The notes under the pieces were generated by a model. The model saw only the letters and a program-made list of their open reading frames with translations. It was not told the origin of the DNA and made no database searches. From contig OZ244852.1 of NCBI GenBank assembly GCA_965220965.1, positions 800,001 through 864,000 of the forward strand: DNA of 64,000 nt. Direction: 5' to 3'. This document shows positions 48,007-57,901 of this stretch, one piece after another. A program made the translations under genes and the position numbers. This stretch comes from Candidatus Marinacidobacterium sp. Its GTDB lineage: Bacteria; Acidobacteriota; Vicinamibacteria; Marinacidobacterales; Marinacidobacteraceae. Positions within the stretch are counted from its first letter, which is position 1. Each line of letters opens with the position of its first letter.

Positions 48007-49245
48007 ATGCCCCTTCATCTCTGGGTCGCCGTCGCCATCGTGGGCGGCATCGCGACCGGCGTCGCGCTCGGCGAGACGGCGGCGCTCCTGCAGCCGATCG
48101 CGGACCTGTTCGTCCAGCTCCTGCGGATGCTCATCGCGCCGTTGATCTTCATCACGCTCTCGCTGGCGATCATCGGGATCCGCGGGCGCACCGCCGGGAG
48201 CATCGGTCTGCGGGTCTTCCTCTACAACCTCGCGACCCTCGGCGCGGCGCTCGTCATCGGGATCGGTTTCGCGGTCTGGATCGGGCCCGGCGTCGGCGTC
48301 GACCTGTCGGCGCTCGGAGGCGTACCGGATGACCCCGGAACCGGGGCGGCGCCCACCGGCCGATCCTTCGGCGACATCCTCGTCGGCATCGTGCCTTCGA
48401 GCATCGGTCGCGCCTTCGTGGAAGGCGATGTGCTCCAGGTCCTGTTCCTGTCGATCGTGTTCGGCTTCGCGGTGAACGCGTTGGGCGCCGAGCGGACAAA
48501 GCCGCTGGTGGCTGTCCTGCGCGCCGTGAACGACGTCCTCTACCGGGTCGTCGGGTGGGTCGTGCGGCTCGCGCCGCTGGGCGTCTTTGCGATCCTCGCC
48601 GCAGTCGTTGGCCAGTCGGGCCTCGGAGTGCTGGGCGCGCTCGGCTGGTACATGGGGGTCTGCCTCATCGCCGCGACCGTGCAGGTGGTGGGCGTTCACG
48701 GGGGCGCGGTGCGGCTCCTGGCCGGGCAACCGATCCGGAACATGCTGCGGGCGCTGCGCGAGCCGCTCCCGGTCGCGTTCGCCTCGGTCTCCACCGCCGC
48801 GGCCCTCCCGGTGTCCATGGCCTCGGTCCCGGAGGCGACCGGGATCTCCCGCCGGGTCGCGGGGTTCGCGCTCCCGTTCGGCGCGGCGGTGGGCCGCGAC
48901 TCGAGCGGGATCTACCAGGTCGTCTCGGTCGTCACGATCGCGCAGCTCGTCGGGGAGCCGCTCGCCGGCGTCCAGTTCGCGGTGCTCTGGGTCACCGCGA
49001 TCCTCAGCTCCTGGGCGGTGTCGGCGGTTCCCGGCGCCAGCTTCGTGAATCTCACGATCCTGCTCGGCGCGATGGGCCTACCGCTCCACCTCTCGGTCCT
49101 CGTCCTCGCGGTGGAGCGCCCGCTCGACCACCTGCGCACCTCGGGGAACCTCATCGGTCAGCTCTCGAACGCGGTCTTCACCGGGGCCACGTCCGGGGAG
49201 ATCGGCCCTCCGGGCCGGAGCAGGACCGCCGCTCCGGTGACCTGA
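48007..49245 (+). CDS. Dicarboxylate/amino acid:cation symporter (DAACS/GltP family)
   Basis: F.QLL.M.I.PL, LQVLF.SI.FG, APLGVF, VPGA, DHLRT..N; NMDGT motif altered to GRDSS. Confidence 0.85.
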   Translation: MPLHLWVAVAIVGGIATGVALGETAALLQPIADLFVQLLRMLIAPLIFITLSLAIIGIRGRTAGSIGLRVFLYNLATLGAALVIGIGFAVWIGPGVGVDLSALGGVPDDPGTGAAPTGRSFGDILVGIVPSSIGRAFVEGDVLQVLFLSIVFGFAVNALGAERTKPLVAVLRAVNDVLYRVVGWVVRLAPLGVFAILAAVVGQSGLGVLGALGWYMGVCLIAATVQVVGVHGGAVRLLAGQPIRNMLRALREPLPVAFASVSTAAALPVSMASVPEATGISRRVAGFALPFGAAVGRDSSGIYQVVSVVTIAQLVGEPLAGVQFAVLWVTAILSSWAVSAVPGASFVNLTILLGAMGLPLHLSVLVLAVERPLDHLRTSGNLIGQLSNAVFTGATSGEIGPPGRSRTAAPVT

Positions 49246-49258
49246 CCGGGGGCTGGCG

Positions 49259-50272
49259 ATGGTTCAGCGGGCGCGTCCGGTTCTGATCGCCCTGGCGTGG
49301 CTGGGTCTGCTGGCGGCGGGGTGCGGGGGCGACCCGGCCAGCGGGCCCGCGGTTCCCGCCGGACCGGTTCCGGCGGACGCCAGCGTCCGGGGGGTCGTGA
49401 CCGCCACCGTGACCGGCGGACCGGTGGCGGGGGCCGTCTTCACCGTCGGCGGGAGCGTGGCGGGCCGGTCGGGAAGCGACGGATCGTTCGGCCTCGAGCT
49501 TGCCGATGGCGTCCACCAGGTCACGGTTGCGGCGCCGGGCTACGTCGAGCGGGTCACGCGGATCCGGTCTCCCGCCACCGACGTTGCGGTGGACGTGATC
49601 CCCGAGGCGGCGCCGTGGACGCTCGAGTTCTATCGGGAACTGGCCCGGAACGGCGCCGGGGGCGGCGAACTCGAACCGCTCGTCCGGTGGGAGGTCGAAC
49701 CGGTCTTCTACATCGACACCCGCCCGGAGCCCGCCACCAGGGAGGCGATCCCGCCGGAGACCGTCGCCTTCGTCCGCGAGGCGATCCGGGTCTCGGTGTC
49801 GCTGCTCACCGGCGGCCGGTTCACCGGGGAACAGGTCCATGTGACCAATGAGCCGCCTCCGGATCTGACCCCCGGGACGGTCGTTCTTCGCTGGGACGCC
49901 AGGGAAGTGGCCGATGTCGCCGGGACCGCAAACGCCTTCGCCTTCCACGTCGGCGGTCCGGCGAATGTCGTGGTGTTCCGGCACATCGAGCAGACCTGGG
50001 CGGTCCACCATGAAATCGGCCACGTGATGGGGCTCTATCACCCGCTCGGGGGGTACCGCCCGACGCACATGTGGTACTCGGGCAACCTCGAGCCGCCCCA
50101 CTTCACCGAGTGGGATCTGTTCCACGCGCGGGTGCTCTACTCGCGCCCTCCGGGGAACGTGGATATCGACCGGGACCCTCCCGGCTTCGCGCTCGGCGGC
50201 CCGGCAGCGACGACGGGAGCGGTCGCCGCCCCGCGCGGTCCGGTGATCTGCCCGCCGTCGCCGGCGCGCTGA
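49259..50272 (+). CDS. Lipoprotein, carboxypeptidase-regulatory-like domain plus metzincin peptidase
   Basis: LAAGC lipobox; G.V.....G.PV.GA beta-sandwich; HEIGHVMGLYH zinc motif and HMWY Met-turn. Confidence 0.75.
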   Translation: MVQRARPVLIALAWLGLLAAGCGGDPASGPAVPAGPVPADASVRGVVTATVTGGPVAGAVFTVGGSVAGRSGSDGSFGLELADGVHQVTVAAPGYVERVTRIRSPATDVAVDVIPEAAPWTLEFYRELARNGAGGGELEPLVRWEVEPVFYIDTRPEPATREAIPPETVAFVREAIRVSVSLLTGGRFTGEQVHVTNEPPPDLTPGTVVLRWDAREVADVAGTANAFAFHVGGPANVVVFRHIEQTWAVHHEIGHVMGLYHPLGGYRPTHMWYSGNLEPPHFTEWDLFHARVLYSRPPGNVDIDRDPPGFALGGPAATTGAVAAPRGPVICPPSPAR

Positions 50273-50287
50273 CGAGAACGGACTGCG

Positions 50288-51940
50288 CTAGCCGAGCAGC
50301 AGGTTCCGGGCCCGCCGGTCGGCGCGCGGGTCCTCGAACGACGCGAGCAGCCAGTTCGCGAACCCGGGGCCGTAGCGGTTCCGGAAGACCGCCGGGCTGA
50401 GTCGGCGCTCCTGGGGGACGCCTTCGGGAAACAGACCGTTGCGGGCGCGCAGGAAGCGGGCCCGGCGCTCCTCGTCGCGCCGCTTGGCGGCGCGCACCGC
50501 CCGTTTTTCCAGTCCGTCCAGGATCGCGAGCATCTTCCCCCGGGTTCGTTGCGCCGTGGGGCCGAGGCTGTGGTCGAGCGCCTCGACGGCGGACTCGACG
50601 GCCCGAAGGCCGGCGTCGAGATCGGCGCGGGTGGCGGCGATCGCCGCGGCGACTCCGGGGTCTTCGGTCACCCGGTTCAGCGCCGCCTCGTCCCGGGCGG
50701 CCAGTTCGTCGAAATCGATCCCGTCGCGGTCCACGACGCGAAGCTGCGAGGCGTTCATCACCGTCACCTGGTGGCGGGGCGTGACCAGCGGGCGCGGGAT
50801 CCCGTGGAGCCCGTAGAGGCCGCCGATCTGGGCGTGGTAGGCGATCTCGGACGGGCCGGCGACGTAGGCGAGCGTCGGAAGCAGGAAGTCCTGGATCAGC
50901 GGGCGGAGCAGGACCGCGGCGCTGAGCCGCTCCGGCGCGGCCCGGAGCGCATCGGGCGCCAGCTCTTCGGCGCGCGCTCTCCGGCGGGCGCCCGACTCGT
51001 CGGTCACGAAGACGCCGTATCCCTCGGGCGTCGCCTGCCCGGAGTAGCCGGCGGCCTCGATGCGGGCGGTGCTCCTCCGGATGCGTCGACGCCCGTCCTC
51101 CCCGGCGGCGGCCCGTTCGTACACCGCCAGAGCGGACTGCTTGAAGACCGGAGCGCCGCCGTCCATCGCGACGAGCCCGGTTCCGCGGGTCAGGCGCAGG
51201 ACGAATCGGGTGAAGGCCTCGCCGAGGGAGTGGCCGGGCGCATAGGCGGCGTGAAGCGCCTCCGCGACCTCGCCCGAGAAGTCGGTCGCCGGAAGCGCTT
51301 CGGTGAAGGCGGAGACGAGGTCGGGGATCGACTCGTCCAGAAGTCGGCGGGCCGCCGGGAGGCGGAGCGCCGCGTCGGCGGGCTCGTAGCGGAACACGCG
51401 GGCTTCCCCGGCGGGGTCGAGCAGCCAGGCGTCGCGCACCTCTTCGAAGTCGTGGTCGTCCGACTCGACCCAGAAGACCGGAACGACCGGGTTCCCGACG
51501 ATGGCTTCGAGTTCGCGGGCGGTCGCGACCGCCGACATGGCCTTGGCCAGCGAGTAGAGCGGACCGCCGAAGAGGCCGGCCTGCTGTCCGGTGACGACCA
51601 CCAGGACGCCGGGCTCGGCGATCCGGGCGGCGGCGGCCACCGCGAGCGCGTCGCCGCCGAGGGTCTCGTTCGTGTGGACGAGCGCGGCTGCGGTGGCCTC
51701 GCGCGGATGGGGGAACGCGCTCACCGAGGCGGCCGTCCGCTCCGCCACCGCAGGATCGAACGGGTCGGGGAGCAGATCGGCGAAGGCTCCGGGGTCCGCG
51801 GCCCAGGCGGGGAAGAACCCGCGGGCGGCGCCGGGCGGAACGAGCGGCAGCGTGCGCAGGAAGCCGCTCCCGGCGGCTCCGGGGAGGCCCGCAGCGGGGG
51901 CGGCGGACTCGCGCGGCGAGGTGACGGCGCCTCCGTTCAT
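50288..51940 (-). CDS. bshC: Bacillithiol biosynthesis cysteine-adding enzyme BshC
   Basis: VTGQQAGLFGGPLY..K, VPVFW..SDDHDFEE, S..VLLRPLIQD..LPT.AY..GPSEIAY, P....QER. Confidence 0.9.
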   Translation of the reverse strand: MNGGAVTSPRESAAPAAGLPGAAGSGFLRTLPLVPPGAARGFFPAWAADPGAFADLLPDPFDPAVAERTAASVSAFPHPREATAAALVHTNETLGGDALAVAAAARIAEPGVLVVVTGQQAGLFGGPLYSLAKAMSAVATARELEAIVGNPVVPVFWVESDDHDFEEVRDAWLLDPAGEARVFRYEPADAALRLPAARRLLDESIPDLVSAFTEALPATDFSGEVAEALHAAYAPGHSLGEAFTRFVLRLTRGTGLVAMDGGAPVFKQSALAVYERAAAGEDGRRRIRRSTARIEAAGYSGQATPEGYGVFVTDESGARRRARAEELAPDALRAAPERLSAAVLLRPLIQDFLLPTLAYVAGPSEIAYHAQIGGLYGLHGIPRPLVTPRHQVTVMNASQLRVVDRDGIDFDELAARDEAALNRVTEDPGVAAAIAATRADLDAGLRAVESAVEALDHSLGPTAQRTRGKMLAILDGLEKRAVRAAKRRDEERRARFLRARNGLFPEGVPQERRLSPAVFRNRYGPGFANWLLASFEDPRADRRARNLLLG

Positions 51941-52572
51941 CGACCGGTTCCTCCCGGCGGTTCGGGGTCCTCGCCGCACAGTTCGCGCGCCAGCGCGACC
52001 GCGGGGTCGATCCGCCCCATGCGCTCCGGCGGGTACACCCGCCACCTCGCCTTGCCCAGGATCAGCTCCTCGGGAAGCGGCCCCCAGTGGCGGCTGTCGC
52101 TGCTGCGGACCCGGTTGTCGCCGACCACGAAGTACTCGCCCGCATCCAGGGCGATCTCGACGCTCTCCGGACGATCCGCCAGAACGGACGCGCCGCCCCC
52201 GGAAGCCCCCGGACACGGCTGGAGGTTCGCTCCGGTCGGGGCGAGCACCAGCACCTCGTCCTCGTGGAAGCGCACGGTGTCCCCCGGCAGGCCGGCCACC
52301 CGCTTCACCAGGATAGCGCCGGATCCCCCGGGATCGCGGAACACGAGGACATCGCCGCGATCCAGCGCGCCGAACCGCACGGCGATCTTGTCGACGAGAA
52401 CCCGTTCGCCCGATTCGAGCGCGGGGTCCATGCTGGCCCCCTGGATCCGGAACACCTGAACTCCGTACGTCAGGACAAGCCAGGCGCAGATCCCGGACAG
52501 GGCGCCGGTCCGGGCCAGGCGGAGGGCGGACCGCCACCGGCGGCGACCGCTCCGAACCGGGGGAGGGATCAC
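51937..52572 (-). CDS. lepB: Signal peptidase I
   Basis: GASMDP.L (Ser), RGDV.VF, VKRV.GLPGD (Lys), GDNR..S.DSR.WG. Confidence 0.92.
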   Translation of the reverse strand: MIPPPVRSGRRRWRSALRLARTGALSGICAWLVLTYGVQVFRIQGASMDPALESGERVLVDKIAVRFGALDRGDVLVFRDPGGSGAILVKRVAGLPGDTVRFHEDEVLVLAPTGANLQPCPGASGGGASVLADRPESVEIALDAGEYFVVGDNRVRSSDSRHWGPLPEELILGKARWRVYPPERMGRIDPAVALARELCGEDPEPPGGTGR

Positions 52573-54497
52573 ATCCGCTCCGGGACCGGGATCCCCAGAA
52601 GCTCCAGCCCGAGTCGGTGCTGCCAGTAGAACATCGTCACGCCGTAGGCCCGGAGTTCCCGGACCTCGGGGTCGGGTTCTCCCGCCACCTGGTGGCGGTG
52701 GTAGAAGGCGTTGAACCGCTGCGCCCCCTCGTAGGCCCAGCGCGCGAGCACCTGGGGGTCCTCCTGTTCCGCCGCCCGCGCCGCCGCTGCGCCGAGGCCG
52801 GCTGCCTCGCGCAACAACACCCAGAGGTCCCCGGCGTCCTCCGGCGGGAGCGCGTCGAGGCGGGCGTCGAGGTCCGGGAGCGGGGCGGGGAAGCGCTCCG
52901 GAACCGGGATGTCGAGCCGGGCGAGGATGTTCTTCGCGCGAACCGCGGCGTACTGGAGGTAGGGGCCGGTGGCCCCGTCGAAGCTGAGCGCCTCCTCGAG
53001 GTCGAAGACGATGCCCTGGTTCTTCGTGACGCGGACCATAAGGTACCGGAGCGCGCCGACCGCGATGTCGCGGGCCAGTTCGGTGCGCCGTCCCTCGTCG
53101 AGGTCCGGGTTCCTCGAACCGACCTCGTTCCGGGCCCGGTCGATCAGCGCGTCCAGGAAGTCGTCCGCCTTGACCCCGACGCCCTTCCTTCCGGAGACCT
53201 CGACCGCGCCGTCGTCTCCGTCGTCGAGGCCGCCGAGACCAAGCGCCTCCACCGTCGCCCGGGTCAGCGACACCATCTCGTAAGCGAGGTGGCGGGTCCG
53301 CGCCCGGTCCGCCTCGGTGGTGAGGCGGGCGACCGCTTCCTGGACGATCTGCTGGGGATAGGTCTGGCGGGTGTCGATGACGTGGTGGGCGATCGCCGCT
53401 CCCCCGAAGCGGGGCGCCGGATCGTCACCGGTGTCCTCCGTCGTGATCCAGGCGTCGGCGGTTCCGCCTGCGGCGTCCTGGTACCCGAAGAACCGCCGGT
53501 AACGGAAGGCGCGGTCCAGGAGCCCGAGCTGCCACATGTGGTAAGCGATGTCCTTGCCGACGTAGGTGACGGTTCCGTTCGAGCGCACGATGACCTTCTC
53601 GCCGTCCTGCGCCAGATCGGTCTCCATGACCCAGCACCCGCGGTTCTTTCCGTCCTCGCGGTAGCGGACCGCGCCGGTCTCGCGCAGCCGCTCGAAGGCG
53701 TGGTCCCAGAAGGAGAGCCGCAGGATCGTCTTCTCGCAGGCGAGCAGGTCGTAGCGCACGCCGATCCGCTCCATCGTCTCGAGGTGGCGGCGCGCCACCG
53801 CCTCGGCTACGACCTCTCCGATGGCGGACCATGGCGGCTCGCCGCGTTCCATGCCGTGGAGCGCCTCGCGCCGCAGCGCGGCGGCCTTCGGGTCGGCGGC
53901 GATCCAGCGGGAGACCTCGGTGTAGAGATCCCAGCAGAGGTAGTCGAAACGCGGCGCTTCGGTGAGTTGCCTGACCTCGGCTTCGCCTTCCTTCCGGAGC
54001 GCCTGGAACCCGAGCGCCACGTCCGCCACCTGGACGCCGGTGTCGTCGATGTAGTTCTGGACTTCCACCCGGCGCCCCAGGTATCGCAGGATGCGGGCGA
54101 AGGAGTCCCCCAGCGCCGCGTTCCGCAGGTGGCCGATGTGCGCCGCCTTGTTCGGGTTGATGCTGGTGTGCTCGACGATGTGGACCCCGTCGTGCGGTTC
54201 CGGGTCGTTCGGCCGCTCGGCGGCGGCGAGCCACGCCGCCCGGCGCACGAAGACGTTCACGTAGCCGGGCCCGGCGACCTCGACCCGCGCCACCTCCGGG
54301 CGCGCCTCGAGCGCCCCGGCGATCAGCGGCGCGATGGCGCGCGGCGACTTCCTGAGGACCCGGGCCAGGCCGAAGGCTGCGGGGAACGCGATGTCGCCCA
54401 GCGCCGGGGAGGGCGGCGTCTCGGCCGCCACCGCAAAATCGGGCGCCCCCGCCTGCGCCGCCGCCCGCCGCACGACCTCTTCCAGAACAGACTGCAT
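52569..54497 (-). CDS. argS: Arginine--tRNA ligase
   Basis: GPGYVN, EHTSINPNKAAHIGHLRNA, SGRKG, TGPYLQYA, FN.FY, P.RM terminus. Confidence 0.96.
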   Translation of the reverse strand: MQSVLEEVVRRAAAQAGAPDFAVAAETPPSPALGDIAFPAAFGLARVLRKSPRAIAPLIAGALEARPEVARVEVAGPGYVNVFVRRAAWLAAAERPNDPEPHDGVHIVEHTSINPNKAAHIGHLRNAALGDSFARILRYLGRRVEVQNYIDDTGVQVADVALGFQALRKEGEAEVRQLTEAPRFDYLCWDLYTEVSRWIAADPKAAALRREALHGMERGEPPWSAIGEVVAEAVARRHLETMERIGVRYDLLACEKTILRLSFWDHAFERLRETGAVRYREDGKNRGCWVMETDLAQDGEKVIVRSNGTVTYVGKDIAYHMWQLGLLDRAFRYRRFFGYQDAAGGTADAWITTEDTGDDPAPRFGGAAIAHHVIDTRQTYPQQIVQEAVARLTTEADRARTRHLAYEMVSLTRATVEALGLGGLDDGDDGAVEVSGRKGVGVKADDFLDALIDRARNEVGSRNPDLDEGRRTELARDIAVGALRYLMVRVTKNQGIVFDLEEALSFDGATGPYLQYAAVRAKNILARLDIPVPERFPAPLPDLDARLDALPPEDAGDLWVLLREAAGLGAAAARAAEQEDPQVLARWAYEGAQRFNAFYHRHQVAGEPDPEVRELRAYGVTMFYWQHRLGLELLGIPVPERM

Positions 54498-54592
54498 CGG
54501 CGGCGCGCCCGGGAGTGTAGTGGGATAACCGGGGCGGCCGACGCGGAGCGCCCCGCTCCCGATCTGTAAGCTCCCCGGACTCCGCCGGAACG

Positions 54593-56437
54593 ATGACCCG
54601 CGCCGAATTCACCGCGTTCCTGCGCGAACGCCCCCGGGTCGGCGACGGCGCGATGGGGACCGCGCTCTACAACGCGGGCGTCGGCGTCCGGCGATGCTTC
54701 GATGATCTGAACCGGTCCGAGGCGGACCGGGTTCGCGCGATCCACGCCGCCCACATCGAGGCTGGCGCCGACGTCGTCACGACGAACACCTTCGGCGCGA
54801 ACCGGATCAAGCTGTCGCGGCACGGTCTCGCCTCGGATGTCCGGGCGATCAACGCCGCCGGGGTGCGGGTGGCGCGGCGGGCGGCCGGGCCCGAGATCCT
54901 GGTTCTGGGTTCTGTCGGGCCCACCGGAGTCGAGGTGCGGCTCTCCGAAGCGGAGGTCAGGGAGTCGGTCGAGGGCGCCTTCCGGGAGCAGATCGAGGCT
55001 CTCGCCGAAGCCGGCGTCGACGCTCTGCTCATCGAGACCTTCACGAGCGTTGACGAGTGTGAACTCGCCCTGGAGACGGCGCGGGGAATCGCGCCCGACC
55101 TCGGGGTCGCGGCGCTCCTGACGCTGACCGACCAGGCCGAGACGCCGCTCGGGATGCGCGCCGAGGTGGCGGCCCACCGGCTCGTCGCCGCCGGGGCCGA
55201 CGCCGTGGGGCTGAACTGCGGGGTGGGGCCCGACAGCACGTTCACCGCGCTCCAGGCGATCAGCGGTTCGGTGAGCGTCCCGCTGATCGCGCAGCCGAAC
55301 GCCGGGATCCCGGCCACGCTCGAAGGGCGGTTCCTCTACCCCTCCTCGCCGGACTACGTGGCGCACTATGCGAAGCGCTACCTGCGCCTCGGGGTCTCGC
55401 TCATCGGGGGCTGCTGCGGCACCGGTCCCGAGCACATCGGGGCGGTCGCCGGCGTCGTCCGGGCCGCGACTGCGGGCCGTCCGGCGAAGCCGGTGGCGCC
55501 GACGCGCCCGGCGGAATCAGCGGCCGGCAAGGAGCCCGCGCCCCCGGCCGAGCGGTCCCGGCTCGCCCGGGAACTCACGGACGGGCGGTTCTGCGTCTCG
55601 GTGGAGATGGACCCGCCCCGGGGCGGCGACGCCGAGGTGTTTCGCGAGGCGGCGAGGCGACTCGCAGACGCCGGGATCCACTATGTGAACGTGGCCGACG
55701 GTCCGCGGGCGTCGGCGCGCATGAGCGCGATCGCGTTTGCGGCGCTGCTCGAGCGCGACGGGGCGGTCGAGACGATCCTCCACTACCAGTGCCGGGACCG
55801 GAACCTGATCGGCATCCAGGCGGACCTCCTCGGCGCTCACGCGCTCGGGATCCGGAACCTGCTCGCCGTGACCGGAGATCCGCCGAAGCTCGGGGACTAC
55901 CCGCACGCGACCGCCGTGTTCGACGTGGACTCCGTCGGGCTGGTCCGGATCGTGGAGGGGCTGAACCGCGGCCTCGATCTCGCCGGCAACGCGCTCCCGT
56001 CCGTGCTGCCCTTCTTCCCCGGAGTCGGAGTGAATCCGGCGGCGGCGGATCCCGAGGCGGAGATCCGCAAGTTCCACCGCAAGAAGGAGGCGGGCGCCCG
56101 GTACTGCCTGACGCAGCCGGTCTACGAACCGCGGCTTCTCGAGGACTTTCTGGATCGGATCGGCGGCCGGGACATCCCGGTGCTCGTGGGGATCCTGCCG
56201 CTCGTGAGTTCGCGGAACGCCGAGTTCCTCCACAACGAGGTTCCGGGCATGACGGTGCCCGACGCGGTCCGGCGGCGTCTGGCGGAGGCCGGAACCCGCA
56301 AGCAGGCGCGGGCCGTCGGCGTTGCGGTGGCGCGGGAGATGGTCGAGGCGGCGCGCGGGATCGCCGACGGCGCCTACATCATGCCGCCCTTCCAGCGCTT
56401 CGACCTCGCGGTCCGTTGCGTGGAGGGGCTGCTGTGA
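54593..56437 (+). CDS. Bifunctional homocysteine S-methyltransferase / methylenetetrahydrofolate reductase (YitJ-like)
   Basis: GDGAMGT, TNTFGAN, GLNC, GGCCGT, then VEMDPP, CRDRN, TGDPP, TQP.Y, NEVPG. Confidence 0.92.
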   Translation: MTRAEFTAFLRERPRVGDGAMGTALYNAGVGVRRCFDDLNRSEADRVRAIHAAHIEAGADVVTTNTFGANRIKLSRHGLASDVRAINAAGVRVARRAAGPEILVLGSVGPTGVEVRLSEAEVRESVEGAFREQIEALAEAGVDALLIETFTSVDECELALETARGIAPDLGVAALLTLTDQAETPLGMRAEVAAHRLVAAGADAVGLNCGVGPDSTFTALQAISGSVSVPLIAQPNAGIPATLEGRFLYPSSPDYVAHYAKRYLRLGVSLIGGCCGTGPEHIGAVAGVVRAATAGRPAKPVAPTRPAESAAGKEPAPPAERSRLARELTDGRFCVSVEMDPPRGGDAEVFREAARRLADAGIHYVNVADGPRASARMSAIAFAALLERDGAVETILHYQCRDRNLIGIQADLLGAHALGIRNLLAVTGDPPKLGDYPHATAVFDVDSVGLVRIVEGLNRGLDLAGNALPSVLPFFPGVGVNPAAADPEAEIRKFHRKKEAGARYCLTQPVYEPRLLEDFLDRIGGRDIPVLVGILPLVSSRNAEFLHNEVPGMTVPDAVRRRLAEAGTRKQARAVGVAVAREMVEAARGIADGAYIMPPFQRFDLAVRCVEGLL

Positions 56438-56481
56438 GCGGCGGCGGCCCGGAATGAAGCGAAGGTGAAAGAATCGGAGGG

Positions 56482-57501
56482 GTGAACTCCGGCCCTGTTC
56501 CCGCCCGGCGTCCCGGGCGGACAGCCTTCTGGTGGGGAGCGGGCGTGACGTCTCTTGCCCTTGCGTTCGCCGCAACCGCCGCCGGCGGCGGCGCGCAGCA
56601 GGTCTTCCAGTTCGAGTCGGGAGTCGATCTGGTCTCCGTCCCGGTGGCGGTGATCGGCGAGGACGGCGCCTTCATCGGCGGACTCGAGGTCTCCGACTTC
56701 CGGGTGCTCGAGGACGGGGTGGAGCAGGAAATCGTGGTGTTCGGCGCCGGGCTCGACGAGTCCTGGGTGGATCTTCCCCCGGACCAGAAGGAAGAGCTCT
56801 CCCGGCGGCAGGTGATCGGGCTGCTGCTCGACGCCTCGGGCAGCATGGAGGAGGACATGTCGCTCCTCCACGAGGCCGCGATCAAGTTCCTCACGAACAT
56901 CCCCCGCACCGAGCATCTGTTCGTGATCAGCTTCGACGAGAACATCCGCCTCTCCGAGTACTCCTCCGATGACCAGCGGACCATCTCGAACCGGATCTAC
57001 GACATCGAGGCGGAGGGCTGGACCGCGCTCTACGACGCGGTCGCGACGTTCCTGGACCGCGTCTGGGATTACGACGGCCGCAAGACGCTCGCGGTGTTCA
57101 GCGACGGGGCGGACTCGCGCTCGACGCTGAGCTACGCCGACGCGCTGGACCTGGTGCGGCTCGGCGACGCCACGATCCACTCGATCCATTTCGGGGACCG
57201 CACGCGCCACTCCGAGGTGTTCCAGAACGCGCGGTTCCTGCGCGCGATCTCGGAGACCACCGGGGGTTCCTACGCGCTCGCCTCATCGCTCGAACAGATC
57301 GACGAGCTCTACGACCGGATCCTCGACGAGCTCTACAGCCAGTACAGCATCGGCTACGTCTCGAACAACCTGCGCCGCGAAGGGCGCTACCGCGAGATCG
57401 AGGTCGAACTGACCCGTCCCGATCTCAGGGACGCCGAGGTCCGCGCCCGAAAGGGCTATTACGGACCACTCGATCCGCCTGAGCCGCCTGGAAGCCGATA
57501 G
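56482..57501 (+). CDS. Exported vWA-domain protein (acidobacterial VWFA type)
   Basis: Signal; V.LV.VPV.V...G.F...L...DF...EDG..Q; LLDASGSM, TALYDA, FSDG, L..I...TGG, QY.IGY, VRARKGYY. Confidence 0.88.
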   Translation: MNSGPVPARRPGRTAFWWGAGVTSLALAFAATAAGGGAQQVFQFESGVDLVSVPVAVIGEDGAFIGGLEVSDFRVLEDGVEQEIVVFGAGLDESWVDLPPDQKEELSRRQVIGLLLDASGSMEEDMSLLHEAAIKFLTNIPRTEHLFVISFDENIRLSEYSSDDQRTISNRIYDIEAEGWTALYDAVATFLDRVWDYDGRKTLAVFSDGADSRSTLSYADALDLVRLGDATIHSIHFGDRTRHSEVFQNARFLRAISETTGGSYALASSLEQIDELYDRILDELYSQYSIGYVSNNLRREGRYREIEVELTRPDLRDAEVRARKGYYGPLDPPEPPGSR

Positions 57502-57549
57502 CGATACGGCCGGAACGCCGGGGACGCTCGGCCCGGAGGAAGCGCCTCC

Positions 57550-57870
57550 TCAGCCGGCGTCGTATCCCGTGACCCAGCGGTGGTCCACGATGAAGTCGAA
57601 GCCGCTTCGCAGCGGCCTCAGGCCGAGTTCCGCCACGAAGGAGCGGGCGAACGCCGCGCCCAGCACGTCGTCGGCGCCGCCGCGCTTCCCGGCTTCCTCG
57701 ACGGCCAGGTCGGTGACCTGCAGCCGCCCTTCGATCGGGCCCGGGTCAGCGTCGGGACCGCTCGCCTGGATGCGGACGGTCCAGGGGTTGTGCTTGTCGT
57801 CTTCCGACTTCTCGGCCGGTGCGGCCTCGCCGCGGTAGGTGAGGCCGCGGCCCTCGAAGCTGAATTCCAT
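57550..57870 (-). CDS. Hypothetical protein
   Basis: 106-aa ATG-started ORF filling the gap downstream of the peroxidase, same strand; no recognised motif. Confidence 0.55.
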   Translation of the reverse strand: MEFSFEGRGLTYRGEAAPAEKSEDDKHNPWTVRIQASGPDADPGPIEGRLQVTDLAVEEAGKRGGADDVLGAAFARSFVAELGLRPLRSGFDFIVDHRWVTGYDAG

Positions 57871-57901
57871 CGGTTCGGTCCTTGCGCCGTGTTCCGTTCG
57901 G

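Noticed and set aside
44568-48332. 1254-aa plus-strand ORF and other long antisense or alternate-frame ORFs (23476..26601, 32499..35528, 6734..9304, 39313..41745)
   Set aside because: Shadow ORFs opposite well-supported genes; expected from stop-codon scarcity at this GC content; no motifs
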